Source: a virus. Taken from it: 64,000 nucleotides of DNA. A program made the position numbers and the translations under genes. The notes below the pieces were generated by a model. It was not told the DNA's origin. It ran no database searches and worked only from the letters and a program-made list of their open reading frames with translations. Location: positions 112,211 to 176,210 of the IMG/VR virus record IMGVR_UViG_3300034082_004296; one strand, written 5' to 3'. Below, in pieces: positions 1-10,500 of the stretch (position 1 is the first letter of the stretch; each line of letters begins with the position of its first letter).

Positions 1-803
1 CGGCTGGTGACACAATACAAATTTCATTGTTTACCCCATATGTTATCCCAGCATTTACTAGCTTAGATAATCTATGCACTATCCTGAATGCCAGCATCGA
101 TCCAGCAATAAGCCTATTTACCTATTCTGTTTTAAACGGAACTGATATTCATGCACAAGCCAAATTCCTAAGTAAAGAATTATACCACACAATATCGTAT
201 AGCGGCGCCACGATAACCGGTGATACTTACACGTATTTTACTCCTAAAAAAGTATTTTCAACCTCTCTTGTAAATCACTTAGTCGCAAACTATCCAGCCT
301 TTGAGGAAGAAAATCTATTTGTTTTTGCCAAGACGAGCGACGTTCTTTCGGGTAACATGCAAAATCCATCATTTTGGGTCGATGATTACTGGTATTTTGA
401 TAACAATCAGCAATATGGGTTCATACCTACAACAATTGACCAAAACGTGTTTAACCTTGGTGATATTAAACTTTTCAAGGACACGTTTACTATTCCTGAA
501 AACGGAATAGTCTTTTTTGTAGTTAATAACTTAGATGGAAAAAATGATTTTATCTGGTCGCTAACTAATACTGTTACTGGAGAAGAGATGATGAGAGTAA
601 AATCAGTTCCTTTCTTTATCTGGAAGTTTAAAGATATTGGAAATTTCTCACTTAGCGTGCGAGTGATAGATAATCGTGAAACAAATTACGAAAACTCAGT
701 ACAAAACTTTATTAGAGTTCTAAATAAGACCCAATATTCCTTTGAGATTGAGGATCGACTCAACGTTAGGAAAAACTACTTAATAAAGAACTCTGTTGCT
801 TAA
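1..803 (+). CDS. Virion structural protein, C-terminal part (5'-truncated), with PKD/Ig-like C-terminal domain
   Basis: Frame open from position 3 (AGDTIQISL...) so the TTG at 27 is not the true start; C-terminal FIWSL...FIWKFKDIGNFSLSVRVIDN resembles a PKD domain. Confidence 0.55.
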   Translation, partial: AGDTIQISLFTPYVIPAFTSLDNLCTILNASIDPAISLFTYSVLNGTDIHAQAKFLSKELYHTISYSGATITGDTYTYFTPKKVFSTSLVNHLVANYPAFEEENLFVFAKTSDVLSGNMQNPSFWVDDYWYFDNNQQYGFIPTTIDQNVFNLGDIKLFKDTFTIPENGIVFFVVNNLDGKNDFIWSLTNTVTGEEMMRVKSVPFFIWKFKDIGNFSLSVRVIDNRETNYENSVQNFIRVLNKTQYSFEIEDRLNVRKNYLIKNSVA

Positions 804-804
804 T

Positions 805-813
805 AATAAATAA
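805..813 (+). promoter_or_regulatory. T4-late-like promoter box AATAAATAA
   Basis: 20 nt upstream of ATG 833; same motif recurs before ~20 genes. Confidence 0.6.
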
Positions 814-832
814 CTAAAATAATTAATTAATT

Positions 833-1786
833 ATGCCTTTTACGCCGATTTCGTTACCGATTCAGCAGATGCTACTAACTAATTTTGTTACGGACATTGC
901 GACTATAACAAATGCTAATACTCTGCTTCTTCAAGCACAGCTTGAAGACTTAATAAATGACCTTGAAATCGATATTTCGAACAAGACAATAGGCACCGAT
1001 ACCCCAATCAACTATTTAAAATCAGATACTGTTATTCTACAGGATACTGGTCTAATCTATCAGACAGGCTCACCGACTCCGACTATTATTGCAACACTAG
1101 CTAAAAACATAAGTAATGAGTCAGTTCTTACTGTAGATCATCTGGTCAATAATATCACAGCTGGATTTGATGTTGTTACTCTAAACGATTTGACAGTCAA
1201 TACTTCAGCTATTTTTACAGGAACAGCTGATTTTAATGCTCCACTCACAATAAATTCTAGCGTAATCGAATCAAAAGAGAGCATTCAGGAAGATCTTCTT
1301 TGGACTGGGACACCTGCAACTCCAGCGGAAGCAACGATTACATTAAGTAACACTTCTAGACAGAACATATTTCTTACATTAAAGGCAAGCACTGCACCTG
1401 ACCCAACTCCAGTATATGATGGAGTCGGAACAATCAACTCAAACATCAATGAATTTAATGTAATCATTGATTTTGATGCAGTCAACCCACCAGCCCAAAA
1501 CACAAAATTCACCATTTATCTGATTGATATTATTGATTCAGTAGCATTAAACACGATAATTAGTCCAGCGGTCCAGGCAGCTGCAATTCCAATAAAGTTT
1601 CTTGCTGGTACCAACCTAAATACTACAAATGCAATCATATTGCACGATAACACTAGCTCAGTAGGAGTTGCAGATACTACTTTTATTAATCAGTATGGAA
1701 CTAGTGTTACGTTTAACTATATAATTGATGTAAATAATGACGACCGCCTTCTTGCTACAAGCCTAGTTGGAACGTCAGTATTCTAA
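833..1786 (+). CDS. Putative virion structural (baseplate/fibre) protein
   Basis: 317 aa, Thr/Ile/Asn-rich beta character, late box upstream, structural context. Confidence 0.5.
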   Translation: MPFTPISLPIQQMLLTNFVTDIATITNANTLLLQAQLEDLINDLEIDISNKTIGTDTPINYLKSDTVILQDTGLIYQTGSPTPTIIATLAKNISNESVLTVDHLVNNITAGFDVVTLNDLTVNTSAIFTGTADFNAPLTINSSVIESKESIQEDLLWTGTPATPAEATITLSNTSRQNIFLTLKASTAPDPTPVYDGVGTINSNINEFNVIIDFDAVNPPAQNTKFTIYLIDIIDSVALNTIISPAVQAAAIPIKFLAGTNLNTTNAIILHDNTSSVGVADTTFINQYGTSVTFNYIIDVNNDDRLLATSLVGTSVF

Positions 1787-1805
1787 TAAAAAAAGAAAAA
1801 ATTAA

Positions 1806-3923
1806 ATGGCAGTAACTCCTTTAATTAAGCCAGTTCAGGACAAGAAGGGGATATTTTATAACTTTCAAAGTGCTCTTGAAGACATAAATATCACGCTTGC
1901 AAATAGCGAAAATGCTGTTCGTTTTTCAAAGTTTGCACTACTTAGAATACCAGAGATAGGTACACCAAATACCCTAGCAACTGATAACAAAATACAGTTT
2001 GCCGCAGCTGGTGAGTCTCCGATAATTGAAGGACTTAATCCAGACAATAACGTTAATTTAGCTGAGAGCTTTCAAAACTATGCACTAAACTTAGAATCGT
2101 TATTATTAAGTAGACCAACATATAAAAAGAATGAACGACTAACTGTATCTGAAAGAGTCTTTTGGAAGTGGTTAAAGGAACTAGGATCAATCAGGTTTCA
2201 GGATGCAAATGCTCTTGAAAAAAACACAGCAAACCTACCAGTAGATCCAGTAGATCACACCGAATATCGATTTGTAGAAAAACCCGAAACAAATTCTACC
2301 TATAATCGGGTAGTAAAATATATTGGTGATATCGATGTCGTAAACACTCTTTCTTCTAGCGAAAACTCATACACCGAAGTTTATATTCACGTTCCTACCA
2401 ATGTAGGAACCACTCCACATGTACTATTTAAGTCAGTAAAGGACGATAATTATAAACCTGGAATGACGATTGCAAATACTCTAGCTGCACCGTTAGACAT
2501 TGAATATCTTTCAGGTAGAAAATATAATGAGACCCATCCATTTGGACTTTCACTAAAGGCCTTTTATGACTTAGACGATGCTAGTGTAACTGCCCAAATA
2601 AAAAACACACTGGCTGGTGCATACTCTCCAGGTAACTGGTTTACGGGAACAATAAACAATTCATACTATACTGACAATAATGGTTCTAATCAATATTATG
2701 TTGCATCAGATCAGTTTATCAAAAAGACATTCGGTCCAACCATCGTTGAATATCAGCGATCTACCTTGGATGGAATCTCTATAGATTTTGACTTAGCTAA
2801 CTATAAACTCGCTAGCGAAAACCCGGAAATCAAAGTTTTTTCTCAATTCAATGATTACGTAGCTAATCGTGATTTTGAATTTAATGCGGTCCTAGTATAT
2901 TATGATACGTATGATCCAAACAATTTAGATTCTACTGGAAATCCAATCGATTTTAGAACAAACCTATACGGTGTCCTATTTTTAGACAAAGTTCAACAAA
3001 GCGGTCTAGAATTTGCGATTCCTCCAATAAGTAAGTATAAACCAGATCCAATAAGTAAGACCAACGGTAATGCTTTTTCATTTAAGTTAAACCTTAAGTT
3101 GGATACTTCTATCGAGGACGCAAAAGTTGAAAAATCAATAAACGATTACTCAACCTTTTCTCTAGAGCTATTTACTGATGTTTTAACCAAGTTCACCCAG
3201 CTCCAGACAAGCTTTTCGAATAAATTAATTGAACTAGAGGCTTTACAGCAACAAGTAAATTCAATTAAAGACTTATTAGTTAACTCTATTGACTCTAGCG
3301 AAATCCTAACTAGGGTTTCCAATTTAGAGACTTCTCTTATTGCAAATCAAGCGATTTTTAGCAATACTGGTGAACTTGTTGCAATGATCGATAACACTAA
3401 TTCTAAAATCAATTCAATCATTGCTGGTGATACTAACATCGTCGTATCATACGATTTAGATGGAATCCGACCAGGTGAAGGAATTGTGATCGACCGTAGT
3501 ACACCAAATAGGGTAAGGGTGGTGAACACCAACCAACAATATAACATCGCAAACGGCTCTTTAACAAATATTGTAACGGGAAATACCCTAACCTTAGGTA
3601 CCTTTACTAATTATTTTGTCCATCAAAATGCAAGTACTCCTACCATACTAACTAATGATCTTTCTCTTTACATCAATGATACAGATATCAGATGGAAAAA
3701 AGGTCAAGTTCTTAGATTAGTCATAGAGGATGAAATCATTCCAGGGACATTTGATTTTAAAATATACACAGATGCTCTAAATAGAAATAATACTGGTGTG
3801 TATGGTGTAGTAATCGGATTATTTAATGACCTAGATTTTACTCCATCATTAAACAAACCTATTTTTGACATCATCTGTTTAGACGATGCGACCTTTACAT
3901 TTAGAGTAGACAAAATAAGATAA
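1806..3923 (+). CDS. Putative baseplate/tail structural protein
   Basis: 705 aa with central coiled coil (FTQLQTSFSNKLIELEALQQQVNSIK); in structural operon. Confidence 0.55.
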   Translation: MAVTPLIKPVQDKKGIFYNFQSALEDINITLANSENAVRFSKFALLRIPEIGTPNTLATDNKIQFAAAGESPIIEGLNPDNNVNLAESFQNYALNLESLLLSRPTYKKNERLTVSERVFWKWLKELGSIRFQDANALEKNTANLPVDPVDHTEYRFVEKPETNSTYNRVVKYIGDIDVVNTLSSSENSYTEVYIHVPTNVGTTPHVLFKSVKDDNYKPGMTIANTLAAPLDIEYLSGRKYNETHPFGLSLKAFYDLDDASVTAQIKNTLAGAYSPGNWFTGTINNSYYTDNNGSNQYYVASDQFIKKTFGPTIVEYQRSTLDGISIDFDLANYKLASENPEIKVFSQFNDYVANRDFEFNAVLVYYDTYDPNNLDSTGNPIDFRTNLYGVLFLDKVQQSGLEFAIPPISKYKPDPISKTNGNAFSFKLNLKLDTSIEDAKVEKSINDYSTFSLELFTDVLTKFTQLQTSFSNKLIELEALQQQVNSIKDLLVNSIDSSEILTRVSNLETSLIANQAIFSNTGELVAMIDNTNSKINSIIAGDTNIVVSYDLDGIRPGEGIVIDRSTPNRVRVVNTNQQYNIANGSLTNIVTGNTLTLGTFTNYFVHQNASTPTILTNDLSLYINDTDIRWKKGQVLRLVIEDEIIPGTFDFKIYTDALNRNNTGVYGVVIGLFNDLDFTPSLNKPIFDIICLDDATFTFRVDKIR

Positions 3924-3932
3924 CCTTAATAC

Positions 3933-6900
3933 ATGGAAACAAAACATACGCTATCTGACGTTTTAAAAAGACTTGTTGTTGACATAGACAACATGAATCA
4001 ATTTTTATTCAGCTTACAAAATATTCTAGAGTCAAGCTCAGAGAACGTCACTGTTTCTCAAACAAAGGTTGATGGGACTTCAACCAATATCACGGTTCCT
4101 TCATTTGGATATCTAAAAGGTAAGATCGAAGACATCAACACAAAGTTTGATACCTTAATCTCAGCAAATAGCGATGTGATTGGAATAAAGTCTTCTAGTG
4201 GAGACCTTAGGAAATTTGAATTAAAAAAGACCTCACAACTAGTAAAAGACTTGGAGGCCGTTCAAAACTCAACCTTTACTGTTCCAAGTTCATTTAAAGT
4301 AAAGAATAACTGGTTTTTTGAATCATTCCTAAATCCTTTGCTCTATGTTAGCTTAGATGTATCTGCTATCTTAACTGATGATATTGATCAATTCGTAGTC
4401 AAAAGAATCATAGTCAATTCAGTTAATAACGATGATGTTGCAACATTCTTTGACGATAACTATAAAGGACAGAACAACCTTTCTTATCCTAGCCTAGTTC
4501 AGGAGCTTAACGATAATGGTATTGACTTTTTTGAAGACGATAATATCGTTGACATGGAAGTATCAGTAAATAGATATCAAGGATCCTTTGATGTAGTTAA
4601 GATATTGGAGGAGACTGGAAACCAGACTCTAACAAGCGGAGCAACCGTTTCAACATTACGTCGTCGATATAAGTTAAGTACTCTAGTCTATACTGACATA
4701 TTGTCTGGAATACAAAATAGCAAATCTCTAGCTGAGGGTGACGTTTTACTAACTGCAAACGATACTGAATACCGAGTAATCTCAATAAATTCTACGGATA
4801 CTGAGGTCGTGCTCGAGAGAATATTTGGAAACGATCCTATCACAATAGGTGCAGATATTCTTAAGTTGAAGCCAGTTCCATATCGTCGACCTGAATTACA
4901 AGTAAATGTAGGTTTTAATGAAAGAGAAGTGATCTTTATTAAACCTGTAAGCAAGGCTAAAAACCTAACAATTAATGATTTTTCTAAAGGGCTTGCTCTA
5001 TATACAAATGAGTTGACAATTCCTTTGCAAGACGAGTCCACTACGACCCTCGCCGATTACTATAACAACTTTGTATCTGATTTTGGACTGATTCTCTTGA
5101 ATCTAGCAAAAGAAAAGACATTACCGTCGATCTTAGCTATAACGCCAGATGCGCCAGCCCTAGACGAGACCAGTTTTAAAGTATATCAAATAGATCAGCA
5201 TATCCAAGATGATAATAGCATAACTGAATTAAACAATAACGTAAAGGAAAAAGCCGCTCTTCAGCAAGAGGTTGAGGAACTTAACAAGAAGATTGACTCG
5301 ATTAAATCGAGCATCACAACTATTTCCAAGACACCAAAGGAGGCAAAGCGTTTACAAAACAAGTTGACTGAATCTCTTACTGCTCGGAACGAAAAAACAG
5401 CCGCTCTTTCTTCTATTGTCACTAACATTACAACTCAACTCTCTACGACCCCACAGTTTGTTACCAATAAAAAATATGAAGTTCGAGGATTTTGGCAAAT
5501 ACCTAATCCTAAATTAGATAAGTATGGAACTCAAAACGTAGTCCAGTTTAAATACCGTTATCGATACTTAAGTCTTACTGGAACTCAACCGAACGCTCAA
5601 CAACAATCATTCGTTGATGTTGATGGAGCAACCAAGACGGCGACCTTTTCTCCATGGACTGAGGTGTTAACTAAACCTAGACAAAAGGTATTGGATGAGA
5701 CTACTGGTCTTTATGTTTGGGCCGAAGAGACTCTTACTGATTCAGAAGTAGTAAACACAAATCAATTAAACATAGCGATTAGAAAAGGAGAATTAGTTGA
5801 GATTCAAGTAAAATCTCTCTCTGAAGCAGGCTGGCCAACGAATGCTGCTGAATCAGTATGGTCAAACGTAATTCAAGTAAAATTTCCAGACAATATTCAA
5901 TCTCAAGAAGAGGGTGTAGTCATGTCTCAAAAAGCATTTACCGAAAAGGCTAGGCTTGATTTTGAAAACAGCCTAAACGCTAAGGGACTAGACAATCACC
6001 TAGCTAATCAGTTTACTTCAGGCGATAAGTTCTATGCTCACCTAGCAGAAGACATTTCTAGTGGGTTTTTTACAAATGAAGGAAACGTCATTGACTTATA
6101 TCAAAAATTAAAAAATCTACAGTCTACTCTAGATGCAATCCAACAATCAATTAACCTTGATCGTGGAGTAATCAAAGTAAGCGTCATCGACTCAGAAGGA
6201 AACTCATTAGACGTTGCAAACGGAGACACAATTCAACTTTTTGCTGGATATTATAAGGACCTAATTAAGGATACTACTGGAGGAACTGTGATCTATAATG
6301 AAGGTGCAATAATCACCAAACAGTATGCTATCTCTATTCAAAATACGTCAGCTACAAATCTTGAATTAATTTCCCTATTATTTGGAGGAATAAATGAATT
6401 AGCTGAAGGGGTAGATCCAGTAACAGGTATATCTGTTCCCACTGATCCGTTAGCATATCCTACTTCAGATTATCACGTAAACCGGAGATATGATATTGTT
6501 CCGATTGGTGTCAATTCAAATCCAGTTCCTCTAATTTCTAACTTTAAACAAAAAGCTAGTACACAATCGGCTCAAGTAAAGAGCCAATTTATTCACTCTA
6601 GAGTAAGAGAGTATGGATTGTCTGAAGAGATTTATTCTCCTAGCGTTCCTGCAACAACATACGCTGGAGCTACCTATTATACACAAGCATATGTCTATGA
6701 TGGCAGAACAGTCGGCACTACACAATATGTTCCAGCAAACTGGGGACACTACTTACCGTTCAATCCTCAGTTATTAATTCCTGGAACAGCAACTGATTCT
6801 AGAATTTGGAATGGAACGACTAATGCATCGTCAATCGCGAATGGCTCTGGATACCTTACTGAATTCTGTATCAGTAAAGATCATCCTCATCTTACTACAT

Positions 6901-7559
6901 TGGGTCCATCATTCAATTCAGTCTATTCAGTTACTACATTGGCTGAAGCATTTCGACCAGACTTTAATGCCGTTGCACCAATCACAGCAGCAGACTTTCA
7001 AAAATACTTACCGTTTGCTCACTCACTTCACTTTGAGACTTCTGTCTCAGAAGTAACTAATGCATATAGTATTGAATATTATAAGCAGGCAAGTCGAATC
7101 ACTCCTTTGACTCCATCTAATAACACAACATCGGCTGGTAAGAACGATAGTCACTATCCAATTAAGTTAGGTTTTGTGAAAGATGACGAATATCTAATAG
7201 GAAAATATACATGCGGTTCATACCTTTATCTATATCCTACTACATATGAATCAGTATCTGTCGAAGGAAACTTCCCAGCGCGATCAGTTAAGTCTGTCAC
7301 ATTTGGTCCAGAGAATGCATTAAATATCCCAGTATTGTTTCAGTTCAGAGCATCTGATAGGTTGGGATATATTGGAGGATATCGAAGAACCGGAGACGCT
7401 TTAACTAATATAAAATATTCAAAGAAGCTAGGCATTGATATTATCTTAAAAGATGATGCACCTTTCTCGTTTGATTTACAAGTAAGCGCACAATATGCTA
7501 AAGAGACTACTCTAGATGCACCATTGGTTCAAAGTAAAGGAAAAGTTTCAAGTTTCTAA
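3933..7559 (+). CDS. Large putative baseplate/tail structural protein
   Basis: 1208 aa; coiled coil followed by FN3-like segment (VEIQVKSLSEAGWP...SVWS). Confidence 0.55.
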   Translation: METKHTLSDVLKRLVVDIDNMNQFLFSLQNILESSSENVTVSQTKVDGTSTNITVPSFGYLKGKIEDINTKFDTLISANSDVIGIKSSSGDLRKFELKKTSQLVKDLEAVQNSTFTVPSSFKVKNNWFFESFLNPLLYVSLDVSAILTDDIDQFVVKRIIVNSVNNDDVATFFDDNYKGQNNLSYPSLVQELNDNGIDFFEDDNIVDMEVSVNRYQGSFDVVKILEETGNQTLTSGATVSTLRRRYKLSTLVYTDILSGIQNSKSLAEGDVLLTANDTEYRVISINSTDTEVVLERIFGNDPITIGADILKLKPVPYRRPELQVNVGFNEREVIFIKPVSKAKNLTINDFSKGLALYTNELTIPLQDESTTTLADYYNNFVSDFGLILLNLAKEKTLPSILAITPDAPALDETSFKVYQIDQHIQDDNSITELNNNVKEKAALQQEVEELNKKIDSIKSSITTISKTPKEAKRLQNKLTESLTARNEKTAALSSIVTNITTQLSTTPQFVTNKKYEVRGFWQIPNPKLDKYGTQNVVQFKYRYRYLSLTGTQPNAQQQSFVDVDGATKTATFSPWTEVLTKPRQKVLDETTGLYVWAEETLTDSEVVNTNQLNIAIRKGELVEIQVKSLSEAGWPTNAAESVWSNVIQVKFPDNIQSQEEGVVMSQKAFTEKARLDFENSLNAKGLDNHLANQFTSGDKFYAHLAEDISSGFFTNEGNVIDLYQKLKNLQSTLDAIQQSINLDRGVIKVSVIDSEGNSLDVANGDTIQLFAGYYKDLIKDTTGGTVIYNEGAIITKQYAISIQNTSATNLELISLLFGGINELAEGVDPVTGISVPTDPLAYPTSDYHVNRRYDIVPIGVNSNPVPLISNFKQKASTQSAQVKSQFIHSRVREYGLSEEIYSPSVPATTYAGATYYTQAYVYDGRTVGTTQYVPANWGHYLPFNPQLLIPGTATDSRIWNGTTNASSIANGSGYLTEFCISKDHPHLTTLGPSFNSVYSVTTLAEAFRPDFNAVAPITAADFQKYLPFAHSLHFETSVSEVTNAYSIEYYKQASRITPLTPSNNTTSAGKNDSHYPIKLGFVKDDEYLIGKYTCGSYLYLYPTTYESVSVEGNFPARSVKSVTFGPENALNIPVLFQFRASDRLGYIGGYRRTGDALTNIKYSKKLGIDIILKDDAPFSFDLQVSAQYAKETTLDAPLVQSKGKVSSF

Positions 7560-7580
7560 AAAAAATGAACGTACATCAAT

Positions 7581-10500
7581 ATGAGTAATCGTGACATAAA
7601 TTATGTTAAGTTATTAACGGAGGACAGTAGTTTTCAATTAGTTAGGACAAATCCTAAATTAACCGGAAACGTTAAGATCACGATAAATGAATCAGGAAAC
7701 CTGTGGTTAGAATCGATAAAAGCGAACCCTGAGCTTTCAAAAGATCTCTATTCTAAAGTTCCGATCAATACTGCTCAATCTCATCCAGCAAACTTACTTA
7801 GATTTTTTAATAATGGATCAACTCCAAACGAGATAATATTTGACCTAAATGAACAGGTGAATGCTACCAAGACTTCTAAGAATTTTAAGGATCAGTATGA
7901 TTTTTCACACTATTTTAGTGGAGCAAAATATTTAGCATCCAATAAGTATACTGAAAGAATGTCGTATTTTGCCCCTCTGTATCTTAAAGAAGAGGTGCCA
8001 GACTATTTTATAATTTTTAAGATAGACGATCCCGCCAATTTTCCACTGGACCAAGTAAAACAAAACTATATCTCTGGGGAGACAAAGACTGATTACTTAA
8101 TCGATCTTTTCACTCGAGCTTCAATCATCAAGACATTCGACATTAGAGCAGAAACTATTCCTGGAAAATACTTGAGAGATTACATAAACAACGTAAATTT
8201 TCCAACAAGTCCATTGACTGTTCTCTATGAAGAGGACGACTTTACTACATGGAATGGCATCTTAATAAATGAAGGAATATTTGGAAGTAGAGGAGAGTTA
8301 ATAAACAGTCTCTATACTTCTTCCCAACCTTTAAAGTTCTTTGAAGAAAACATTACTAATGGATTTTCTAGAAATGGTGTGATCTTTCCAAATATTTTAA
8401 ACCTAGAATTTGTATTTAATGACGATAGCTCAAATAAGTACGATTTTAATAGATATCTAGGAATGTATGTAAATGCCATTGAGTTGACTAAGTTAGACAT
8501 AGATCTTGACCGAGCATACTTAAATAGGGGAACTTGGGAAAACGAACCTCACTTTAGAAAGAGATTCCTAGAGACAGACGAAGCTTTTCTTACTCAATCA
8601 AATCCAGATGGCGTAATCGTTCCTTTTAAAAATTCAGAAGTAAAATTTTCAGACTTTTCAAGAACGTTCGTTGATTCAGACAATCTATTTATAAATTACA
8701 TAAGCGATAAGGATAGCCGGTTATATATGCCGAAACTAACTAATCCATTTAGTATAGAATATGAACCTTTAAAAACAGTCAGTCTTTCTGCAATTGGGGC
8801 TCTAGTAAACGCAAATATTACTTCGCATGGATATGAGACAAACGATCTAATCGTAATTGATTCGATTGACTCTGAGTATTCTGGTGAGTTCCTAATAACT
8901 GTAATAGATCCCAATAACTTTGAGTATACTGTCTCTTCTGCACCAGTCAATCCTACCTCGACTGGAACCTCTAAAAAAGAACTTTCGACTGGCCAGTTTA
9001 GGTTTGCAAATAACAAGATAGACCTTGGATTATTTTTTGGACAGAGTAGAAAAAATTTTTTACAGGACATTGGTACTGCAACTAAGGTTGCCGGTAAATC
9101 ACATGCCGTAATAAAAATAAATTATGCAGGTCGTGTAAGTCAGTTTAACTTGTCTTCAGCCGGCACGAGTTACATTGGATCAACTGGTGTAACTACTACT
9201 GGAGGAAGCGGTACTGGCTTGACACTAGATCTAATCGATAACGGTGCAGGTGGAATACTATCAGCTACGATAGATCAACCTGGTTCAGGTTATCAAGTTG
9301 GCGATGTAATCACGATCGATGGCGGAAACAATAACGCAACAATTACTGTTTCAGCTGTCATAAACGCTTCGCTTGACAATTATGATGAGATTAAAATATA
9401 TCATCCAAATGGCACGCAAATTGACTCAATAGGTAAGTATGATTTAATAGTCTCAACTCAACTTTACCCATTGATTCCCAATCCTGGAGAGTACTATGTC
9501 TATAATGATTATGATAATGTCCTAGGATATGATGAGTTTTACATGAATGGTGGAGGCACTGCAAGTCAGATCGCAAGCGCACTTGCCGGATGTATTAATG
9601 GTATTCGAAGTAGAACATTTACCGCCTATCAATATGATGATCGTGTATTTATTAAAGCCAATTCTCCTGGAGATTTTGATCAGTTACATAAGATCTCTTT
9701 CTTTTCTCCAGTAAATGAATATTCAGTAATCACAATAAATAGCACAAATACTGGATCTGCTCTGATTGGCTCAGTCTTTTCCTTTATGGGAGGATCTAAA
9801 GAAACGGGTAATCGACTAATCATAGATGCTGGTCATCTCAGTAAGATCGAGACAAACTTAGATTCTATTCTTGTAAAATCATCAGATAGCTGGTCAAAGA
9901 TCAGAAAAGTATCACAATGGGTTGATGAGATCACTGAAACTAACTCAACTACTCAAGCTCTAAGATCAAAGGCCGTCTCAGAATATGATGGCAAAATAGC
10001 AATAGTATTGGAAGAAAATGAGACTCCAACAATCTCTAATAAAGAATTCCTAATGAAGCCTAAGTTTAGGCCTTCATTTGGTCTACTCTCTTTTTATCTA
10101 ATTAAGGATCTAGACTTTGATTTTTACTCAAGTACATACACTAATTTTCCAATAATCGATTTATATCAGCACTATTTTATTCCAGAAGGAATGGACCTAT
10201 TGGAACCAGGCATAGACTATATCGTGTATAATGGTTCAATTTTAACAGAAGGTACGACATATCCAGCAAACTCAACATTTACAGTTTCTACGATTACCTC
10301 ATATTCAGTAGTAACAGGTACTCCATTAGTGACGTATGATCCTTCTACTACAAGTTCAGTGATTCCAGTCAATGATGAAAACAAGGAGCTTAAGAGTTTT
10401 GATGGATTCTCAATCCTAAAGGACCCAAGTAAGATCGTTCAGCAGGACACAAGTAATGAATACATATTTAAGACAAAATACTTAAATGGTCTTACTGATA